This document shows, piece after piece, positions 46,464 to 53,086 of a stretch of 64,000 bases of DNA. Position 1 is the first letter of the stretch; the number at the start of each line of letters is the position of its first letter. This DNA comes from a virus. The notes below the pieces were generated by a model. The model ran no database searches. It was not told where the DNA came from and worked only from the letters and a program-made list of their open reading frames with translations. The position numbers were made by a program, and so were the translations under genes. The DNA lies in the IMG/VR virus record IMGVR_UViG_3300031417_000380, one strand, 5' to 3'.

Positions 46464-47191
46464 ACCTCCAACAGGCGAAGCGAAAGCTCATCGGTGATCA
46501 GCTCAATGAGCAAACCGTCCGCACGCTCGACAGACTTCTCATACCGCCGAGCAGGAGGGGCGTCAAGATCATCGTAATCGGCCATCGGATGCGGTCGCTC
46601 AGCCAGCTTGCCCGCCGCCTCGATGTAAAGCTCTAGAGCCGCCCCCGTCGGCGTCTCGAAGAACCGATCACGAGCTTCCGCCAGCGGCTCGTAGAAAGCA
46701 TCCAGCTCACGCCGATGCTTGAGCATGAGCGCCGGCGAGCCGAACACGTACTCAGCCGTCGCCGCCGTCAGGTGCAACTGCACTCGCCGATGTACCTGCG
46801 ACACGGTACTCAAGTCAATGGCCAGTGACTCAAGATGATCGCCCAGACCGTCCGTAGCGAACATGGTCTGAGAGGCGTATTGTCTCGGCTCTAACCGGCG
46901 AATGCGCTCTTGAGCTACACCCATGGCCTCCAAAAGATAGGTAAGCCTAGCCAAGGCCTCCGGCCCCTGTTCAATGAATGAGCCGACCACATCCCTATTC
47001 AGGATACGACGAGGAAGACTATCCAGCTCTAGCCGGTGTGCATCGAACAACGCGAACTTGTCCGGAAGCTCACGCTGCAGCTCACCGTAAAGCCCTGAGC
47101 GAAGGCTCATGAAACGCTCCGCCGGGATGACCAACGCTCTGCTCACCGCAAGCAAGGTTTCCACAGGGAGAGGATACAAGGCGGTGATCAC
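46460..47191 (-). CDS. Family A paralog (origin-proximal)
   Basis: SQVHRRVQLHL ... FYEPLAEARDRFFETPTGAALELYI ... LITDELS; TAGGAT 6 nt before GTG. Confidence 0.88.
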   Translation of the reverse strand: MITALYPLPVETLLAVSRALVIPAERFMSLRSGLYGELQRELPDKFALFDAHRLELDSLPRRILNRDVVGSFIEQGPEALARLTYLLEAMGVAQERIRRLEPRQYASQTMFATDGLGDHLESLAIDLSTVSQVHRRVQLHLTAATAEYVFGSPALMLKHRRELDAFYEPLAEARDRFFETPTGAALELYIEAAGKLAERPHPMADYDDLDAPPARRYEKSVERADGLLIELITDELSLRLLEV

Positions 47192-47369
47192 CGAGCGATC
47201 CTACACCATCAGGCCGCTCGCCACAACGAGCTCAACCGACCGGTTAACTCACACTCTCTCCGTCGCTCCCAGACGCTCACTCTAACAGAACCATCATCAT
47301 ACGACCGACGAAAAAGAAACTACTCTCGACGGCGACCGGTCACAAGGCGTCCTCACCAAGGATACCGAT

Positions 47370-47408
47370 CCCGCAACGGCTTGCGGCTACCTTCGCTGCG
47401 CTCGAGGC
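47370..47408. repeat. 39-bp direct repeat, copy 1 of 3
   Basis: CCCGCAACGGCTTGCGGCTACCTTCGCTGCGCTCGAGGC. Confidence 0.9.
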
Positions 47409-47473
47409 CAGAGACGACTCAACCGTCGGCGACCGGTTAGACCACGACTCAAGCCCTCAGATGAGTAGCCGAC

Positions 47474-47800
47474 TCACTCGTCCGGCACCAACGGCGAAGT
47501 CATATACGAAGTTGATCCGAAGAGACCGTTACTGAGTCCTACGTAAAGAGCAACATCAGACGGATACTCAGAGATCGGCTTCGACAATAGCACTCTCACC
47601 ACCAAGCTCTCATGAGGGTTAAACCGAGTACGCCGAGTAGCCAGGTAAAGCTCAAAGCTTAGCTTGTCTTCCTTCGGTACGTTCACAAGCTTGCTAGTGC
47701 CCAGGATAAACCGAGGGCTCCAAGGCTCTCGATACTCGTTCGTGAAGCGCACAAGAGCTGTACGCCCCTCGGCTTTTGCTTCCTTCAGCCTAGCGTCCAT
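47474..47800 (-). CDS. Family C paralog flanked by 39-bp repeats (start corrected from 47854)
   Basis: MDARLKEAKAEGRT ... LYLATRRTRFNPHE; GAGGAG RBS; closest to 9673..10005. Confidence 0.85.
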   Translation of the reverse strand: MDARLKEAKAEGRTALVRFTNEYREPWSPRFILGTSKLVNVPKEDKLSFELYLATRRTRFNPHESLVVRVLLSKPISEYPSDVALYVGLSNGLFGSTSYMTSPLVPDE

Positions 47801-47867
47801 AGTGATCTCCTCACACTCACTATTCACACTACCGTATCCTACGCCTACAGTCAATCACCTCAGGCTA

Positions 47868-47906
47868 CCCGCAACGGCTTGCGGCCACCTTCGCTGCGCT
47901 CGAGGC
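47868..47906. repeat. 39-bp direct repeat, copy 2 of 3
   Basis: CCCGCAACGGCTTGCGGCCACCTTCGCTGCGCTCGAGGC. Confidence 0.9.
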
Positions 47907-48223
47907 CCGCTCACTCACCGTGCCCGCACACGCCCGCTCACCGTGTGACCGCTACCGAAGAACTTTCACCATGGCTCGCTTACCCGCTACCGAAGAGCTT
48001 TCGACTCTGATCGAAGAGCTTCTTTGAGTAAAGAACTTTCGACTACCAACAACTCTTTCAAAGAGTTGCTCGCCGAAGAGCCGCTCACCGAGGCCACAGC
48101 TGGAGAGCGAGGAAAGAACTTTCACTATCCCATCGATGCTCAAGCTCACGCTTGCTCAACAGATAGGACACCACCCAGCCTACGGCTTACTCACACTGTA
48201 CTCTCCTGAAGCAGTCGCGCCCA

Positions 48224-48262
48224 CCCGCAACGGCTTGCGGCCACCTTCGCTGCGCTCGAGGC
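48224..48262. repeat. 39-bp direct repeat, copy 3 of 3
   Basis: Identical to copy 2. Confidence 0.9.
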
Positions 48263-49364
48263 TACTGCTCACCACAGCATCAGGCTCACTCGAAGAAACT
48301 TCCGAAGAGCTCTATCCCGCTCACCGTCACAACTCTTTCAAAGAAGCTTACTCTCGCCATGAGTCAGGCGATCAGCGCTCACCAAAGAACTTTCACACAG
48401 GCAAGACTCACCGGTCAATCGAACTCAGCTCTCATCGTCACCACCAGCAAACACCCGGAGCGCACCACCAGCAGGCCGGTCACCAACTTACTCAAGACTT
48501 CACCCAACGGCTCTCACGAGCGGTCACTCACGGCCTGCTCTACGCCGACCACCACTCACTCATCACCGGTCTTCGGCGCTGCCCACCACACAAGGCCATA
48601 AGCTCACTCTACCGGTTTCGCAAGGCCAGTCCATAGGCGACTACTTTCTCACTCACTTGCCCAACAGTATTCCACCTATAGACCGGTTACACATTGAAGA
48701 AGACTACGAGCAGGCTTTCCACACTTCACACACCACAGCGACGCTCAACACCATGGTCGGTCACCGTTCACCAGGTTACACTCACCGACTGCTCACACAG
48801 CCCGAGCTCAGAGGCCTCTACTCACTGAGCAAAAAAAAGAAAGGGCTCTCCCCGGCGGCTACTCACTGACCGCTTTCTCAGACCTCTCGCTAACTCAGCT
48901 TACTCTTCTCTCACTCTCGACTACTTACTCTTTCTCTCGGATCACCAGACTACTCACCATAACCACCGGATACCTCTTCCCACCACCAGTAGTAAGTCAC
49001 CATTCTCACTTCCAGCAGGCTTCTTCCGCTGAGTGCTCAACGTGACCCACACCGCCGTTCCGTACCATGGCTCCACGTAACCAACAGCTCGTGACCATAC
49101 TCATGCCCGTACCATAAGACAGCGCACCTCCAGCGCATCCAGTAGCCGGCTCCGCCGGTAGTAAGGCACCTCATGCTCCGCATGAGCCGGCGGAGCCGGC
49201 CCCGTACTCACCTCCAGCAGTATCCTTCCGAGCACAGGACTCACCGAGCAGGCTCACCTCCAGTGAGTCAACTACGGCGTCAGCATGCTCACAGCTTGCA
49301 ACAACCGTAGGAAGTTTCTCCGTCGCCACGGATTGCTCTCCTTCGTAGCCCAGGCTACGCTCTC

Positions 49365-49750
49365 GTGTGTGACACACACTCACGCTTCGCGCTCCGCCTC
49401 CGTCCGGTCCTCCACCCCGAGCGACTCACCCCGCCGCGTACCGCCGGCGAGCTCGCGCTCTTGGTGTCACACCGACTACGCTTCACGCTACGCTGTAGGT
49501 GTCACGCACTCCGCTTCGTCCGGCTCACGCCGGTTCACTCAACGTGACACACACTCCCCACCATCCAGTAGCGTCACGGTGTCACACACTCACCGGTTGC
49601 CTTTCACCATCGGTCAGCCAGTCGGTGTCACACACTCATTCGTTCCGTAAGCCGGTAGGTGTCACACCGGCCTAGCCCATCTCCAGCGGTGAACGTGACA
49701 CACCATCAAGCAGCTTCGAGCAGGAGCGGCTTCGCCGGAGGTGTCACACC
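49365..49750. repeat. Cluster of 9 GTGTCAC/GTGACAC palindromic sites (iteron- or parS-like)
   Basis: Copies at about 49365, 49463, 49498, 49543, 49578, 49624, 49658, 49694, 49740; best form GGTGTCACACC. Confidence 0.75.
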
Positions 49751-50218
49751 ACTAGCGGGGATAGTGACCGAACCACTGAGAATGAGCTCACCCGGTTACT
49801 CACCTTCAGCGGTAGCCTCACTACTCAAGGAGGGGACTCCAGCCGGCACCTTCAAGAGACTGGAAGCAGTTTCGAGAAGTCCCGGCTGGCCCAGCGTAGC
49901 TGGGAGGAGGCCGAGCTCTGCGAGGCCTCGGCGAGCGTAGCGAGCCCGGTCCCCGGTGGCCGATCCCCGAGCGAAGCGAGGGCTCTTCCCGGCGGAGCGT
50001 AGCGGAGCCGGCTTAACCACCGAGGAGTTCTACGACGAGGATTTCTTACGTAGCTAGAACTCAAGGTAGCTTCTATGGTTCTTTGTCTTCGAGCGTAGCG
50101 AGCAAACGGCTATAGGATACTTTTGGTTGACTTTAGTTGTTTGCAGGCTGCGAGTGAGCTTTTACTATGGGAGTTTCTAGCTACTGATAATCCACTTTCA
50201 AGTGGGATCTTGGCTTCT

Positions 50219-50242
50219 AAAACTGATGCCAAAACTGATGCC
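50219..50242. repeat. 12-bp perfect tandem repeat in the AT-rich segment
   Basis: AAAACTGATGCC x2. Confidence 0.7.
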
Positions 50243-50362
50243 ATCTTCTTCTAGCCATTCTGATATTGTTATGTGAGATCAATGATGTGATGTAGCTTCA
50301 CAGGATATGTGGCTACTTAGCTATCTTGACAACCTTCTAAAAGCTTCTCAAGGGTTCATACA

Positions 50363-53086
50363 GTGGTAGACTTCAGTAAACTTCGAGTACCAGGTGCTAG
50401 TGATTCGACGAGTGAGCAAGCTCACCCGGGCCGTGATGGCGAAGCCAAAGCGGGCGAAGCCGAGGGAGGCCAGGCGAGCCGCGGGCAGGTAGAAGCTTCA
50501 AAAAGCGAGGTCAGGCGAGCCGCGGGCGAGCCACAGCCAGGCGTAAGCGGTCTTCGTTTACGACTTCCTGGAGCAGCCGGAACACCGACACCCATATCTA
50601 CTACTCCTAACGGAGGGGTTGATGGAGGGGTGGGCGTCGGAGGGGATAGTACTTCTACCTATGCCGGTAAACCTTCCGATGCTTCATCTATTACTTCTTC
50701 CGACGAAGGTGACGAAGTCGGTGGAGCCAATTCAACGGTGAGTGAGGCTGGTAATTCCGCCGGTGTTACAGCTGGTGAAAAGGTGAGCGGTGACACATCC
50801 GTTGCTGATGGAGTTACTAAAGCCGGTGTTGCGGGGAGTGAGCGTAACGATTCTTCAGTTGACGGAGACGCTGCTGACGCTTCGGGGGAAGGCTTTAACA
50901 GTGGTGACGGCTCAGCTAGAGCTGTAGGCGAGGACGCTCGAGTCGGTGTCACATCCGGTTCAGCCGGTGTTGGGGGACGGCCCGGGCAGTTTGGTCTTCG
51001 TCTTCCGAAGCCTAGAATCAGCCAGGAGAGCGCTGGCGTGGACGTTGCGGCTCCGTCGATTGATGGGGCATCGGTGGGTGTCACATCCGGCGAGCAGCCG
51101 TTGCTGAACGGTGAGCAGGTGGATCGAGAGGTGGCTTCGGCGTCTCGAGAGAACTCATCTATCTCATCTAAGGTCCCTTCCTCGTCGGTGAGCGTCTCGT
51201 CGTCGGCTCCGATTTCGCCGCTTGAGGCTCCTGAGGAGCTCGTTTCGGCAGCGGTGAATCCGATGTTGGAGGCCTTCGGCGATGAAGACGAAGAGTACTT
51301 TGATGAGCTTGAGCCGCTTGAAGAGGGTGAGCTTTTCGAGGAGGCTGAGGCCGAGTATGAAGAGTATGCTGAGGCCACGAACCCGCTTCTTGAGGATGAT
51401 GAAGACGAGCTGGTGACTCCAGCCGGTCTTGCTCAGCAGTTGGGAATCAGAGGTGGTCTGTCTGAGTTCGCTGATGATGAGCTGGATGAGGACGCTGGAG
51501 AGACTTTCACTGGGTTCGATTCACAGCTTCAGGAACTGCTTGGAGACGATGATGACGAGCCGGTGACTCCGGTGAGCTCTCCAATAGAGCATCCTCCGGT
51601 CACCTTTGCAGAGCCTTCGAAGCCGGCGAGTGACGCTACGGTTAGGCCTGAGCCGGCTATTCGTAAGCCGCTTCCTCGGCCTGGCGAGAGGTCCTCCGCA
51701 GTTGCGCCGGCCGCGAGTGAGCCGGCTTCTTCGACGGGGAAGCCGCTGGCCCCGGCGCCGTTGTGGAACGCATCGACTCCACCTCGCCGTGTGGAGCTTG
51801 AGGAAGCTGAGCTTGAGGCGGAGGCCGGTGAGCGGAAAGAGCATCTTCGTGCTCGCGCTCAGGAAGAGGCTCAACAGAAAGAGTACTCGAGCGATTTCAT
51901 CGGGTCACCGACGAAGGTGGTTCGTGTGAGCGGTGAGCAGCCGCGGGAGCGGAAGCGGTTCGAGAAGCCGAAGCCTGGTGGTAAGCTGAGCTCCGCTGAG
52001 CTTGACTTTTATAAGAACCTGAGCACTGTACGTGAGCAGTACTCGGACGGCATGGTCATGAGCGAGCTGATCACCGGTAAGCGTGCTCGGAAGGCTAATG
52101 AGCAGGAGCGTAAGCAGCGTCGGGATGAGCTTGAGCGTACCTTAGATGGACAGAACTTGTTCCGCTCGGGGCCGTCGTTTAAGCTGGACACGAAGACGGT
52201 GGATACGCTCATGTTCCTTGCTCTGTTCCGTTACGCTACCCATAGCCACATTGCTCGTATGTTCGGTGAGACTCCGTTGACCACTCTTCGTCGTCTTCGG
52301 AAGATTCGAGCAGCCGGTCTTGTGGCTTCGAAGAAGCTCTATAGTCAGCATGATCTCTGGTTCCTGACCGAGGCCGGTGTGGTGGTTTCCGGTTACGATG
52401 TTCGCCACATTACTGAGGCTCGCTTGACTCCTTCTATGTTCCCTCACCAGTTCACTGTGAATCACGTGGCGGCAAATCTTATGGGTGGGCAGTTGAACGT
52501 GCTCGGGCTTGGTGACTTCCCGAGCAATCGTCGTGTGGATGTGAAGGGGAATCCTCGGCTTGGTGAGGAGCTTACCTCGGAGCTTGAGATCCTTTCGAGC
52601 TTCTCGAAGATCAAGCTTTTTGAGCAGAGCTCTTCGTTCCGTCCTAAGCTTATGGGGATGCGTGATCGTGATTTCCAGCTTTGGAGTGAGCTCGAGAATC
52701 GTGCTGAGACGCCGACGCCGGAGATGAGCTACGGTAATGAGTGGATGTTCACTCTGTTCCCACCGTTGGCCGTTGGGGTGGCCTATCACGTACCGGACCT
52801 AGTGGTGAAACGTCAGCGTGGAGCGGACGGTGCTCCTAAGAGCATCGCTGTAGAGATCGAGATCAGCAATAAGCCGACTGCCTCCTATGAGAAAACTTTG
52901 CGGGCTTACGCTGAAGACAAGTTGATTTTCGGCCAGGTGATCTGGGTCTGTAAGACTATTGGGCCCGCCAAGAAGCTTGAGAAGGTCGGCAAGGAGCTTG
53001 GCCTGATCCAGTCTGGACGGTTAAAGATCGTTCCGATTTGGACGAACGATGGAGTCTTTAAGGGGCGTGACCTGTGGATGATCTAA
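50363..53086 (+). CDS. Replication-relaxation (Replic_Relax) family protein with a long disordered acidic N-terminal region
   Basis: C-terminal wHTH (FLALFRYATHSHIARMF...RRLRKIRAAGLV...WFLTEAG), HQFTVNHV, and PD-(D/E)xK-type PDLVV...IAVEIEISNK. Confidence 0.75.
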   Translation: MVDFSKLRVPGASDSTSEQAHPGRDGEAKAGEAEGGQASRGQVEASKSEVRRAAGEPQPGVSGLRLRLPGAAGTPTPISTTPNGGVDGGVGVGGDSTSTYAGKPSDASSITSSDEGDEVGGANSTVSEAGNSAGVTAGEKVSGDTSVADGVTKAGVAGSERNDSSVDGDAADASGEGFNSGDGSARAVGEDARVGVTSGSAGVGGRPGQFGLRLPKPRISQESAGVDVAAPSIDGASVGVTSGEQPLLNGEQVDREVASASRENSSISSKVPSSSVSVSSSAPISPLEAPEELVSAAVNPMLEAFGDEDEEYFDELEPLEEGELFEEAEAEYEEYAEATNPLLEDDEDELVTPAGLAQQLGIRGGLSEFADDELDEDAGETFTGFDSQLQELLGDDDDEPVTPVSSPIEHPPVTFAEPSKPASDATVRPEPAIRKPLPRPGERSSAVAPAASEPASSTGKPLAPAPLWNASTPPRRVELEEAELEAEAGERKEHLRARAQEEAQQKEYSSDFIGSPTKVVRVSGEQPRERKRFEKPKPGGKLSSAELDFYKNLSTVREQYSDGMVMSELITGKRARKANEQERKQRRDELERTLDGQNLFRSGPSFKLDTKTVDTLMFLALFRYATHSHIARMFGETPLTTLRRLRKIRAAGLVASKKLYSQHDLWFLTEAGVVVSGYDVRHITEARLTPSMFPHQFTVNHVAANLMGGQLNVLGLGDFPSNRRVDVKGNPRLGEELTSELEILSSFSKIKLFEQSSSFRPKLMGMRDRDFQLWSELENRAETPTPEMSYGNEWMFTLFPPLAVGVAYHVPDLVVKRQRGADGAPKSIAVEIEISNKPTASYEKTLRAYAEDKLIFGQVIWVCKTIGPAKKLEKVGKELGLIQSGRLKIVPIWTNDGVFKGRDLWMI

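Larger units (their letters stand above)
47907..50362. other. Candidate origin region (oriV/oriT and/or partition site)
   Basis: About 2.4 kb without credible ORFs, at the divergence of gene orientation; C/A-rich top strand switching to G-rich near 49.9 kb; repeats; AT-rich end next to a replication-relaxation gene. Confidence 0.55.

Noticed and set aside
14705-47191. Diversity-generating retroelement or shufflon as the source of family A variation
   Set aside because: No reverse transcriptase, no near-identical template/variable repeat pair with adenine-specific differences, no invertase or inverted sites; copies are full-length and diverged throughout.
47370-48262. 39-bp repeats as a CRISPR array
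   Set aside because: Gaps are 459 and 317 bp, one contains a whole gene, and no cas genes are present.
48024-50064. ORFs called in the origin region (48136..48636, 48359..48601, 48657..48869, 49285..49650, 49659..49940 and others)
   Set aside because: No RBS or promoter pattern; composition reflects CTCAC and GTGTCAC repeats; no codon bias.
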